From: Chrysonvirus as5
Lineage: Duplodnaviria > Heunggongvirae > Uroviricota > Caudoviricetes > Straboviridae
IMG/VR virus record: IMGVR_UViG_650627007_000001
Location: 43,172 to 107,171 of that record
DNA length: 64,000 bases
Strand: one strand, 5' to 3'
The notes below the pieces were generated by a model, which worked only from the letters and a program-made list of their open reading frames with translations, was not told where the DNA came from and made no database searches. The position numbers and the translations under genes were made by a program. Positions 1 through 8,377 of this stretch are shown piece after piece (position 1 is the stretch's first letter; each line of letters opens with the position of its first letter).

Positions 1-226
1 GTCTACCGATACACCATTCCATCTTGTCGTTGTTGTGCCACACGGTAAAGATATGCTGTTTGACAGTCTTGATGCCATTTGGCATCACGATAGGCTGAAA
101 TGCTTCAATCATAACCTCGTCCTTGCGAACTTCGGTTACTTGCATTTGCGCACCATGTTTCGCAAACTCAGAAGCGATAACAGGCAACAGCTTATTAATG
201 TTGTCTTTAAAATCGTCGTAAGTCAT
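1..226 (-). CDS. hypothetical protein, runs off window (MTYDDFKDNINK...)
   Basis: ATG at 226 overlaps TGA of the upstream ORF (ATGA); frame open to base 1; not in ORF track. Confidence 0.7.
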   Translation of the reverse strand, partial: MTYDDFKDNINKLLPVIASEFAKHGAQMQVTEVRKDEVMIEAFQPIVMPNGIKTVKQHIFTVWHNNDKMEWCIGR

Positions 227-510
227 CGATTTTTACCAAATGTGATTTTAGTAACCGGTTCGATCATCATAGTATCGAGCATTCTCTTGATCTTTCGAAC
301 ATCTTCGAGTGAAATCTTTTTGAATTTGGGCTTACCAAAGAAAGTCTTTCCATTTGGTTCACCAACTTCAATTAGCTCACTTAACTTTGGTACCAGTATA
401 TCAACTTGATACGATTTTGCAAGAGGTTTTGTCTTGAAAATACAAGCTCGACCATCTTGAACAACAACCGATCTACGTTGATTATCGTCAAAGTGTGTTA
501 TCGCGAACAT
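223..510 (-). CDS. hypothetical protein
   Basis: 95 aa ORF with AAGGAG SD. Confidence 0.7.
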   Translation of the reverse strand: MFAITHFDDNQRRSVVVQDGRACIFKTKPLAKSYQVDILVPKLSELIEVGEPNGKTFFGKPKFKKISLEDVRKIKRMLDTMMIEPVTKITFGKNR

Positions 511-560
511 AAAAACTCCTTGTTTCTCTCTATGCTATCACAGCAATAGCACAGAAGAAA

Positions 561-580
561 CAAGGGGATTTCTCCCCTTG
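561..580 (-). terminator. intrinsic terminator after pseT
   Basis: CAAGGGGA-GAAA-TCCCCTTG then TTTC on minus strand. Confidence 0.65.
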
Positions 581-583
581 CGA

Positions 584-1501
584 TTAAAAGTTAGATTCCT
601 GAACTTCCCAGCACTCAAGACCAAGTGAGCGCCACATATCAACCACTTTTTTGCGATCATCGACGCAATACAGAACATTGAAATGCGGAGCGATGTCACG
701 GAAGAACAGCTCTTTCTTGATTACGTCATCAGGACGCTGATCCCCAGCTTCGCGTTGGAAGTGGAAATCGTTAGGCATTCCTACTTTCTTGTACCACTCG
801 GCAGTTGCTTCTTTGCAAACGCCATCGCGACCGCTCAGGTTGATAACGGTGATACCACGCGCTTTCAGATCTTTAGCGTGATTGATTACGTTGTATTTCG
901 GCAGATCTTGACCTACTTTGTCCCACTCGAACGGACCACGATTGTGCATGTGCGCAGTGGTACCATCGGTATCGAACATCACCGCATTAGGCTTGCTGAT
1001 GTCCGGCTCATAAAGTTGGGTTTCCACTGCAAAGTCGGGAGTATAAGCAGTGTGTACCTCGGGGTTAAACTGCTCAACAAACTGGGAGTGCATTGCAGCA
1101 ACGCGATCGGCGTCGAGCTTCCACGGACCACGAGTCTTGTTACGCTTTTGCAGTTCTTCCAGATCAACGTTGAACCAAAGCTCACGATATTCATAGCCGA
1201 CGGAAGCCGCGTATTCTTGCCACAGCTTGCGATAAACCGGACTCAGATTGGTATCACTGATGATAACGTTTTTCTTTTCTGCCACGGCAGCTTCGACGGT
1301 AGCGCGATTGACCTTAGTTACCAGGTCTTCGCGGTCTTTGTTGAACTTGTATTCACCCCAGCTACCGATTGCAAACAGCGATTTGCGGGCATTATCGCGA
1401 TTTACCTCAACGAGGATACCACGAGACTTTTTAACTTCTTGCTTTGCGTAGGTGCTCTTGCCAGAAGAGGATACACCAACAGTTAACTCAAGATACGGCA
1501 T
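584..1501 (-). CDS. pseT: polynucleotide 5'-kinase/3'-phosphatase
   Basis: P-loop GVSSSGKS, RD motif, HAD DTDGT and DDR motifs; T4 position. Confidence 0.95.
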   Translation of the reverse strand: MPYLELTVGVSSSGKSTYAKQEVKKSRGILVEVNRDNARKSLFAIGSWGEYKFNKDREDLVTKVNRATVEAAVAEKKNVIISDTNLSPVYRKLWQEYAASVGYEYRELWFNVDLEELQKRNKTRGPWKLDADRVAAMHSQFVEQFNPEVHTAYTPDFAVETQLYEPDISKPNAVMFDTDGTTAHMHNRGPFEWDKVGQDLPKYNVINHAKDLKARGITVINLSGRDGVCKEATAEWYKKVGMPNDFHFQREAGDQRPDDVIKKELFFRDIAPHFNVLYCVDDRKKVVDMWRSLGLECWEVQESNF

Positions 1502-1510
1502 TATTTTTCC

Positions 1511-2014
1511 TTAGATTTTCATACTTACATCGGTCAGATACGGCACAACGTCATTAACGCTTGTGTGTTTTGTATACGGACCATTATATCGGCGGGTAAT
1601 GTCATTGATAAAAACGGTACCCGGAGCACGTTCGGACATCATGATAACAAAATGAACATGATTTGGATAATTACCAATCACAACATTGTTATGCGAATGA
1701 TTAACAACGACGCGATCAAACGCATCAACCAACGACTCGCTCAGTTCAATACTGGCAACAAAATCGTTGAATGCTTCCTCAATGTCACCATAAACACAAG
1801 ATGTTTTAGTGAACTTTTCGTGATTATACTCTAGTTCAACACAAATGCAAGAGTAATCTTCCCATTCGTTATCATCGTCGTCATCGTCAGCGCCGACCAT
1901 TTCATTAATTGCCAGTTTGACAGCTTCTAGATTAAAGTCAACAACTCGTTTGTCAATATCCATCCGACATTGATCGTCTTCAAATGTGTTGATTGTTACT
2001 TTGTTGTGTTTCAT
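1511..2014 (-). CDS. hypothetical acidic protein
   Basis: 167 aa ORF with poly-Asp tract. Confidence 0.7.
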   Translation of the reverse strand: MKHNKVTINTFEDDQCRMDIDKRVVDFNLEAVKLAINEMVGADDDDDDNEWEDYSCICVELEYNHEKFTKTSCVYGDIEEAFNDFVASIELSESLVDAFDRVVVNHSHNNVVIGNYPNHVHFVIMMSERAPGTVFINDITRRYNGPYTKHTSVNDVVPYLTDVSMKI

Positions 2015-2054
2015 GTTTTCTCACTGACTGAGGCAGTCCGAAGACTGCCGTTTG

Positions 2055-2576
2055 TTATTGTGCTATGCAATCGCAGTTCTGCAATTTGCGCATATTGGAT
2101 TTGACTTTAGCAAGGTAGGTCTGTCCATCTTTACCGCGATAGTTGAAACCCGCATTGTATGAAGCAATGACTTTACTCCAAGACTTCTTACCATGAACAC
2201 TTTGCCAGTATTTCAAGTTCAGTTCGGTCATTGAAGCAGATAGCTCCATATTCTCGATTAGACCCTTTTTCAGGTCTCGAACTTGTTTCGGGGACATTTT
2301 GTAACCAGTCTCTTTTTCGATTGCTCGAACGGTGTATCGCAGGTTGTTTTGAAAAACACCATAATCACCGGAAACGTTGTTTACAAGATCTTCACCGGCT
2401 TGACTCTCGGTCAAAGCGATAGCGGCGAAAGTCATCCCATAATCCATTGATTGACCTAGCTCATAAGCACGATTGACAACATACAGTTGATTTTCGTTGA
2501 GGTCAAGATCGTTTGTAGCATTGGCATTAAATGCACTGCCCATCAGTGCCAGTAGTAATGCGAACTTCTTTAACAT
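2055..2576 (-). CDS. secreted lytic transglycosylase (SLT-like)
   Basis: signal peptide, AIALTES catalytic Glu, GVFQ and SYNAG motifs. Confidence 0.8.
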   Translation of the reverse strand: MLKKFALLLALMGSAFNANATNDLDLNENQLYVVNRAYELGQSMDYGMTFAAIALTESQAGEDLVNNVSGDYGVFQNNLRYTVRAIEKETGYKMSPKQVRDLKKGLIENMELSASMTELNLKYWQSVHGKKSWSKVIASYNAGFNYRGKDGQTYLAKVKSNMRKLQNCDCIAQ

Positions 2577-2659
2577 TTTCTTCTCCTATTTGTTTGGAAT
2601 AGAAAGATACCTTTTTCTACACACTTCCTTAGTTGAGTTTGATTGATGATTGCCAAGCG

Positions 2660-2688
2660 ATTATTACATCAAGATACCGATCTGTCAA
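2660..2688 (-). promoter_or_regulatory. sigma70-like promoter of SLT gene; 10-bp inverted repeat (2676-2685/2704-2713) overlaps -35
   Basis: TTGACA...TAATAAT; ACCGATCTGT/ACAGATCGGT. Confidence 0.6.
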
Positions 2689-2761
2689 CACTATTTTCTG
2701 GTAACAGATCGGTTTGATTATAATCTATACACGTTCAGAAATCGAAGATCGCGGCGTAGCC

Positions 2762-2840
2762 GCTAACTTATTGATCTCCAAAGAAAAGACAAAGTAAATT
2801 CTCATTAAAGTATTATAAGAGATTTTATTTTCTCTTTTTG
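2762..2840 (+). repeat. 79-nt AT-rich quasi-palindromic element, copy 1
   Basis: 70/79 identical to reverse complement of 46553-46631 (manual alignment); intergenic. Confidence 0.9.
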
Positions 2841-2854
2841 TAACATCTTCTTAA

Positions 2855-3172
2855 CTAGCGACTGGCGTCGCCGTCTTCGACGTCTACACATTTCGGTTCT
2901 TTAAGATCTTTCCGATAGTGACAGATTACCTCATTTTGTTTCTTGACATAACCAAACACTCGTTCAAGCCAGATTCGGTATCTAACTGAGTCATCATAGC
3001 TCATTGCTACGTAAGGTTTTCCCTCGTCTAGGATAACTCGCCACTCTGGCTTGTATGTCTCCACTGTTTCTGGTAGTGGAGGATGATAAACAACAGGCTT
3101 AATTTGCTCTGCTGTAGATGCGCATCCACCCAACAGTAAAGTTAGGCCGACCATCGCATATTTCATTTGCAT
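2855..3172 (-). CDS. pseT.2: o-spanin lipoprotein (Rz1-like, T4 pseT.2 equivalent)
   Basis: lipobox LLGGC, Pro-rich stretch, paired with i-spanin. Confidence 0.8.
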   Translation of the reverse strand: MQMKYAMVGLTLLLGGCASTAEQIKPVVYHPPLPETVETYKPEWRVILDEGKPYVAMSYDDSVRYRIWLERVFGYVKKQNEVICHYRKDLKEPKCVDVEDGDASR

Positions 3173-3549
3173 TTCTTACCTCCCATGATGCAATCGGCAT
3201 CTTTGGTAAATCCTTCATAGCTGGCGTTGATCTTCTTCTCTACCAACTTAGGCTTCTTGGCAACGACATCAGAACGTCCGATCATCTTCTCAAGGCCAGA
3301 TATCTTAGTATCAAGCTTTGTATTAAGCTCTCCAATTCGTTTGGAGAACGATTGTTCTTGAGTCTGTAGCTCAGATATATTCGCTCTCAACTCGTCGGCC
3401 ATGCGCGTCTGAGTTGCTATGTTTTCGCTTAGTTTGTTTATCTCAAGCTTTTGATCTTGTATAGTGTCATGCATATAGTAAAAAGACCCAAAAAGCAATC
3501 CAATTCCCAACGCACCCGCTACCCACTTATTTGTTAATAAACCTAACAT
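3163..3549 (-). CDS. pseT.3: i-spanin (Rz-like, T4 pseT.3 equivalent)
   Basis: N-terminal TM, coiled coil, C-terminal Cys pair; synteny. Confidence 0.8.
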   Translation of the reverse strand: MLGLLTNKWVAGALGIGLLFGSFYYMHDTIQDQKLEINKLSENIATQTRMADELRANISELQTQEQSFSKRIGELNTKLDTKISGLEKMIGRSDVVAKKPKLVEKKINASYEGFTKDADCIMGGKKCK

Positions 3550-4021
3550 ATTTGTCCCGATACCTCATTATTTTGTGAATATGGTCACTGCTATTTACGA
3601 ACTCTACGGCGCTTTCTTTTGTATGAATATCGAGCGTTCCTGTAATAAAATCCTTGATGAAGAACTTAGTACCGCTGCGATAAATCACGTATGCGTTTCG
3701 GCAGTGCAGAATATGGTGTCTCTTTCCTTTGTAGATTGTGCTATCGGTTGATTTGATAGTAACTGCCTTGATAGGAAACACGTCGGTAGACACGCTAGGA
3801 TCGACTACCTCCGCTTTTTCGTAATCACCCATGCACTCGTTCAGCTTTTTAAAGAAAGCTGTGGAATCGCTTTCCAATGCGCATACAGAAGGTACGTCAC
3901 CGTGAACGATAAACGGATGTAATGGATTACCTGTGTATTCTACTATTCCGACTTTGTTGATCTTGTTCTTGTGAACAAGAATCAGTTTGCCGTCTTCGCC
4001 GATATCTTTCATACTAAACAT
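3527..4021 (-). CDS. hypothetical protein
   Basis: 164 aa ORF with GAGGAG SD; no visible similarity to T4 Alc despite position. Confidence 0.7.
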   Translation of the reverse strand: MFSMKDIGEDGKLILVHKNKINKVGIVEYTGNPLHPFIVHGDVPSVCALESDSTAFFKKLNECMGDYEKAEVVDPSVSTDVFPIKAVTIKSTDSTIYKGKRHHILHCRNAYVIYRSGTKFFIKDFITGTLDIHTKESAVEFVNSSDHIHKIMRYRDKYVRFINK

Positions 4022-4077
4022 AAAAATCTCCTCTCAGTGAACTATCATAATATCATGATGTGGTAAACAACACAAAC

Positions 4078-4100
4078 AAAAAAAGCGCCCGAAGGCGCTT
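4078..4100 (-). terminator. intrinsic terminator
   Basis: AAGCGCC-TTCG-GGCGCTT plus T tract. Confidence 0.8.
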
Positions 4101-4725
4101 AATCTTGTTCAACATCTTCTACCATGTATCGTGCGAGATCGACATCTTCCGCTTTCGTGCTGACAAACGGACTATGATCCTCATAGTGAGTCTTGCAACT
4201 GCTGACGATTACCAGCGGCTTATAGTCAAACACGATAATGTCGGCGACGTTTTCGTAATTCTTGATTACTTCCAGAATCTCTTCCCACTTACCACCACCG
4301 ATACCAGCGCCAATCCTAGGCATAAGAACAAGCGGCTTAACATCTTCGGTATTGTGTGCTTCCTCAAGACGGAGCATCATATCATCGAATGCACGTTCGA
4401 AAGCATCAAGACGAAAATCGGCGCCCGGATAAAGTTGAGAATACAGGTTGAACATCACGGTGCCATGTCCGATTTCCGCTGCGCTCAGTGTGCCGAGTTG
4501 ATGCGTTTCTTTGTCAACTTCTGTCTTGAATTCTTTCGCATACAGACGATCTGCTTTCTCTGCTGCTGGGAAGTGACGCGCCACTTGTGCGGCGAATCCA
4601 GCTCCCATTGCGGCAAAGCAGTTACATCCATGTGCAATATAGATCTTGTTGGTGTCGGTAGTTTTGCGAGCGATCATGCCTTTGATTACATCGATCAAAT
4701 TCGCTTCTTGAAAACTGATCATCAT
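4099..4725 (-). CDS. macrodomain (ADP-ribose processing) protein, T4 tk.4-like
   Basis: IAHGCNCFAAMGAGFA and MPRIGAGIGGG macro motifs. Confidence 0.85.
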   Translation of the reverse strand: MMISFQEANLIDVIKGMIARKTTDTNKIYIAHGCNCFAAMGAGFAAQVARHFPAAEKADRLYAKEFKTEVDKETHQLGTLSAAEIGHGTVMFNLYSQLYPGADFRLDAFERAFDDMMLRLEEAHNTEDVKPLVLMPRIGAGIGGGKWEEILEVIKNYENVADIIVFDYKPLVIVSSCKTHYEDHSPFVSTKAEDVDLARYMVEDVEQD

Positions 4726-4789
4726 TATTCCTCTTGTTTAGATAATGCATTCTCTCATGACATCGATATGATGTCAACTGATTGGAAAT

Positions 4790-4813
4790 AAAAAAAGCCT
4801 CCCTAGGGAGGCT
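4790..4813 (-). terminator. intrinsic terminator containing stop of mini-ORF
   Basis: AGCCTCC-CTAG-GGAGGCT plus T tract. Confidence 0.75.
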
Positions 4814-4907
4814 CCATATCATCATTGCCGCAGAACGGGCAAGAACCATCAGACATATCGGCGTGAAAGAGACTAGCCGAACAACGATTGCATGTATGAA
4901 CTAACAT
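4803..4907 (-). CDS. 34-aa zinc-ribbon miniprotein (MLVHTCNRCSASLFHADMSDGSCPFCGNDDMEPP)
   Basis: manual translation; CxxC...CxxC; AAGGAA SD; starts 1 nt after upstream stop. Confidence 0.7.
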   Translation of the reverse strand: MLVHTCNRCSASLFHADMSDGSCPFCGNDDMEPP

Positions 4908-4908
4908 G

Positions 4909-5571
4909 TTACTTTCCTTTTATTGAGTTACGTACCAATTCAATCCAAACGTCATCCAGCCAGTAATTCTTTTTGAAATCAAGCTGGATTCTCTTTTTAC
5001 GACATTCGTCAATTATCCAGTTACGGACCCAGCGGCCCATATCATGTTGACGTCTGGCGAAAAAATCATCGCTGTATTTATGAGCGATTGCGTCGCTAGT
5101 AAACATTTCTGCCATCACGGGTCGATCTGCTTTGAAGTCTGCCCAAGCTCCGTCTACCATTTCTTGCAATATGCCCATTAAGCCTGTATTCGGCTTTACT
5201 TTTAGCGTGACTACCGAATGGGCAGTCTGATAAACCATTTCGTGCTCTGTCTTGCGATAGAACATCCACGAGAAATTTTTATTCTTGCACTTATCGTACT
5301 GCTTTAGTGCTTCTTCCACTTGTTCTTTTGTGAACACCACCAAGCATTTTTTCGGGGTATACAGACTATGCACCATTCTAGGGTGAAATGTCGAGTTGTA
5401 TCGTAGATCTTCTACCCAGCGTCGTGCCCATACAAACGGAATAAACACCGGTTTTTTAGACGACTTGATAAACGTCTGATAACCCTTGTATCCGCCAGCA
5501 CCATTAGCTGGCCATATGTTGACTTTCGACAGGATCAGGTTCATGTCGTTCAAAAGCTGTTCTTGCATCAT
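4909..5571 (-). CDS. hypothetical protein
   Basis: ORF; start moved to ATG 5571 with GGAG SD. Confidence 0.75.
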   Translation of the reverse strand: MMQEQLLNDMNLILSKVNIWPANGAGGYKGYQTFIKSSKKPVFIPFVWARRWVEDLRYNSTFHPRMVHSLYTPKKCLVVFTKEQVEEALKQYDKCKNKNFSWMFYRKTEHEMVYQTAHSVVTLKVKPNTGLMGILQEMVDGAWADFKADRPVMAEMFTSDAIAHKYSDDFFARRQHDMGRWVRNWIIDECRKKRIQLDFKKNYWLDDVWIELVRNSIKGK

Positions 5572-5818
5572 AATCTCCAATCGGTAACATACCACAACAA
5601 TCAAACACTATTCTACGCTTTTTGTCAACCTGTAACTCTCGAACTCCATAGATTGAAAATGTCTTATGTTTTCGAACTGCTAGATTCCAAACGTTACGTA
5701 AGAATCTATATTCTCGATTGACGCCTGTCAATGTCATTTCATTGATGATTACCAAATTCGGCGTGGTGCTGGAAAACTTGTAAACACCGCTGCCGTCTAT
5801 ACAAGCGAAATCGTACAT
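5504..5818 (-). CDS. possible hypothetical protein
   Basis: fills gap but has no clear SD and overlaps next gene by 68 nt. Confidence 0.4.
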   Translation of the reverse strand: MYDFACIDGSGVYKFSSTTPNLVIINEMTLTGVNREYRFLRNVWNLAVRKHKTFSIYGVRELQVDKKRRIVFDCCGMLPIGDYDARTAFERHEPDPVESQHMAS

Positions 5819-5948
5819 GTATTTGGCAATGAAAAATCTAATGAAAACTCGACCTCGTTTGAAGCCTCTCCATGGAGCTCCGTTCGCTACCTCAGGCCAT
5901 GAATCGAACTAGAGCGTCCAACTTATTATGAACAGTTGGACGTCCCAT

Positions 5949-6689
5949 TTACGAAATCTTCCGATAATCATCGCCTAGTTGAGCGATTTGTTTCTCGTAG
6001 CCATTAATTGTTTCTTGTCTACGGCGGATTTCATCTTGTAGTTGTTCGATAACGCCTCGTTGGGCCTTGATCTGAGACTGTTTAGTCGAGATCTTATCCA
6101 TGATCGATGTCCGCTCTTGTTCCTTCTCACCATACTTGGCAATAACTTGCTTGATGGTCAAGTTGCTGGCATCAATGCCATGTCTCCAGCAGAACTCCAG
6201 AGCGGTTTTAAGCTGTGATTCGTCTACTGGTTGAACTGCCTCAATGAAGAAACGCATTTCACTTGGAACGATAATCGGCATAGAGAGGCGAACGACTTCA
6301 CCATCGCAATTGACGACCTTTGTCACCGCGCCGAGATTGTTCATTGCATCAACGCGAAACGGCTTTTTCAGATACTCGACGAACGAACGATTTTGAGGAG
6401 ATACAGAAAAAGCACGTATCGAGTTTTCGTTTTCGAATTTGTAATATTTGCCGATTTCCATCGTGCGATCAACTCGGATCGCTACCTTTTCAATGTCCGA
6501 GATTTTAACACCAGGACACGGTACGATTTTTTGGGATGAACAGAAAACGAGTTCATAAACCATGCCGTTGTTGTCTTTACGGGGAACGAATTCCCCGTCG
6601 GCAGCACTGAACATTTTCACGAACGCGGTAAGCGATTTATTCAATCGACCTTTGTTCGGGATATGCTCTTTGATTTTGTAGCTTATCAC
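5949..6689 (-). CDS. hypothetical, paralog family A domain plus coiled coil
   Basis: MEIGKYYKF...EMRFFIEA motif shared with the next two ORFs. Confidence 0.75.
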   Translation of the reverse strand: MISYKIKEHIPNKGRLNKSLTAFVKMFSAADGEFVPRKDNNGMVYELVFCSSQKIVPCPGVKISDIEKVAIRVDRTMEIGKYYKFENENSIRAFSVSPQNRSFVEYLKKPFRVDAMNNLGAVTKVVNCDGEVVRLSMPIIVPSEMRFFIEAVQPVDESQLKTALEFCWRHGIDASNLTIKQVIAKYGEKEQERTSIMDKISTKQSQIKAQRGVIEQLQDEIRRRQETINGYEKQIAQLGDDYRKIS

Positions 6690-7186
6690 AGCAAGATCTC
6701 CAGATTTTTGATTTCGGATTCCAGATCTGCTTTACGTTGCTTTGCGTCTGCGATCACTTTCTTGTGATTTTGCCAGCAACGACGCATACCAGCGACTGTG
6801 ATCTTGGAGTCGGATGCAGTCGGATGATAATGCTTGAACAGTTGTACCATTCGAGACAACGGGATTGCCATGAACTCAGATTCTTCGCGAACTTCGGAAG
6901 GAATTGCTTCCTGGAAGTATTTCATTTCGTCACGACAGATCAGATTCACTTCTTTGGAGAAACGCTCACCGTTGATTTCAATGACATATACGCTAACAAC
7001 TTCTTTACCATCAGCCGCATACATAACACCATCGTTTTTGCCAGAAATCAGTTTGAACTTGCCTGCATTTCCAATTTTATCGGCTGTGTCTCTGTTTTGT
7101 GAGTGCTCACCGCGATATTTCAAACGCGCAGTTTCGTCGATGAACTCGTATTCTTGACCAATAATCATAGTATCCAGCATTTTCAT
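6686..7186 (-). CDS. hypothetical, paralog family A
   Basis: MIIGQEYEF...EMKYFQEA. Confidence 0.75.
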   Translation of the reverse strand: MKMLDTMIIGQEYEFIDETARLKYRGEHSQNRDTADKIGNAGKFKLISGKNDGVMYAADGKEVVSVYVIEINGERFSKEVNLICRDEMKYFQEAIPSEVREESEFMAIPLSRMVQLFKHYHPTASDSKITVAGMRRCWQNHKKVIADAKQRKADLESEIKNLEILL

Positions 7187-7222
7187 TTCCTCTTTTTGTT
7201 TAGATGTAGTTATCTTAACAGG

Positions 7223-7579
7223 TTAGATTTCGGTGTCAATGATATTTTTCAGAGAAAGTTCGAGAATTTCGTTTTCTTTTCCTGCTTGATACGCTTCTCG
7301 AATCTTGCGCACCAGCTTTTCGCATTCAGACTCGCCAACCTCTTCAAAGTAAACGAAATCGCTTTCCAGAATCGGATTGTAAGTCATTGTAATCCCATTG
7401 ATCTTATCGGCAGTGCCGTCGATTGTCGCATCAATGCGGATTTCAGGCTGATTCATCGCTTTCATGATTCGAATATAAGCAGCACTCTTTGTTCCAAGTC
7501 CAAGACAATGGAGCCATTGTTGCTTGTGTTCTTCGCTAATAAAGCGGATCACCTGACCTTCATACAGACGTTTAATCAT
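7223..7579 (-). CDS. hypothetical, paralog family A
   Basis: EGQVIRF...DFVYFEEV. Confidence 0.7.
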   Translation of the reverse strand: MIKRLYEGQVIRFISEEHKQQWLHCLGLGTKSAAYIRIMKAMNQPEIRIDATIDGTADKINGITMTYNPILESDFVYFEEVGESECEKLVRKIREAYQAGKENEILELSLKNIIDTEI

Positions 7580-7770
7580 TCAACTCTCCTAAGGTAGTCT
7601 TCTAGATTACCAGTTACGATTCTTGACTTTGCGCCTTTGTATTGAAAAGTCAAGAGACATTTGCCTTTACCAAACCACGATACATCGCTTTGTTTCGCGT
7701 CTTTAATGAGGGCATTCAACGGAACGCCCTGCATTTCTTTGATAACTCGATAGCTCGGAACTTTTACCAT
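7576..7770 (-). CDS. hypothetical protein
   Basis: 64 aa, translationally coupled. Confidence 0.65.
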   Translation of the reverse strand: MVKVPSYRVIKEMQGVPLNALIKDAKQSDVSWFGKGKCLLTFQYKGAKSRIVTGNLEDYLRRVE

Positions 7771-8183
7771 CGCTTATTACTCGCACATGAATCGGCAATG
7801 ATCATGCCAATCAGACCGAGAAACGCAAGCGCAACGCCACCAAGCATACTGACGACACCCTTTTCGCTGATGTTTCGTTCTTCGATTGACTTGGCTTCTA
7901 CCAAGAAATGTGTGCCTTTCGAGTGTTTTACCATGTCTTGGTAAGCAAGTGGATGATAGTTGATCTCCACGTACTCATTCACACGCTCGTCCACGAAACG
8001 ACATTTGTTTACTTGATACACGCTATGTTTAGATCCCTCGATTGTCTGATAGCAGCCTTCCAATGGCATAGACACCTTGACATCATCGTAAGTTCCAGCA
8101 TAAGTCAGAATACCGACACCGATCGCGAAACTTGCTAGACCACCGGCAAGAATCACACCAAACCCTTTAGCTACTGCATTCAT
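7764..8183 (-). CDS. two-TM membrane protein with periplasmic loop
   Basis: hydrophobic segments at both ends; start at ATG 8183 with GAGG SD. Confidence 0.7.
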   Translation of the reverse strand: MNAVAKGFGVILAGGLASFAIGVGILTYAGTYDDVKVSMPLEGCYQTIEGSKHSVYQVNKCRFVDERVNEYVEINYHPLAYQDMVKHSKGTHFLVEAKSIEERNISEKGVVSMLGGVALAFLGLIGMIIADSCASNKRW

Positions 8184-8335
8184 ACTGTTTTCCTCATTTT
8201 GTGTTGTGCTACCAATATAATGCCACACACGGACAATGTCAATAGGACTCCTAAAAATAATCCCATCTTTCCGAATACGCTAACAAGGGTGAAGCATGTC
8301 ACATTAGCAGCAACGCATAAACTTAGCTTTAACAT
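8180..8335 (-). CDS. 51-aa hydrophobic membrane miniprotein
   Basis: manual translation MLKLSLCVAANVTCFTLVSVFGKMGLFLGVLLTLSVCGIILVAQHKMRKTV; GGAG SD; ATGA coupling. Confidence 0.55.
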   Translation of the reverse strand: MLKLSLCVAANVTCFTLVSVFGKMGLFLGVLLTLSVCGIILVAQHKMRKTV

Positions 8336-8350
8336 ATAATAACTCCATAA

Positions 8351-8374
8351 GAAAAATCCCGCCGAAGCGGGATT
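8351..8374 (-). terminator. intrinsic terminator, identical core at 12.1 and 17.2 kb
   Basis: AATCCCGC-TTCG-GCGGGATT plus T tract. Confidence 0.85.
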
Positions 8375-8377
8375 CGA

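Noticed and set aside
3527-4021. alc by position
   Set aside because: No visible sequence resemblance to T4 Alc
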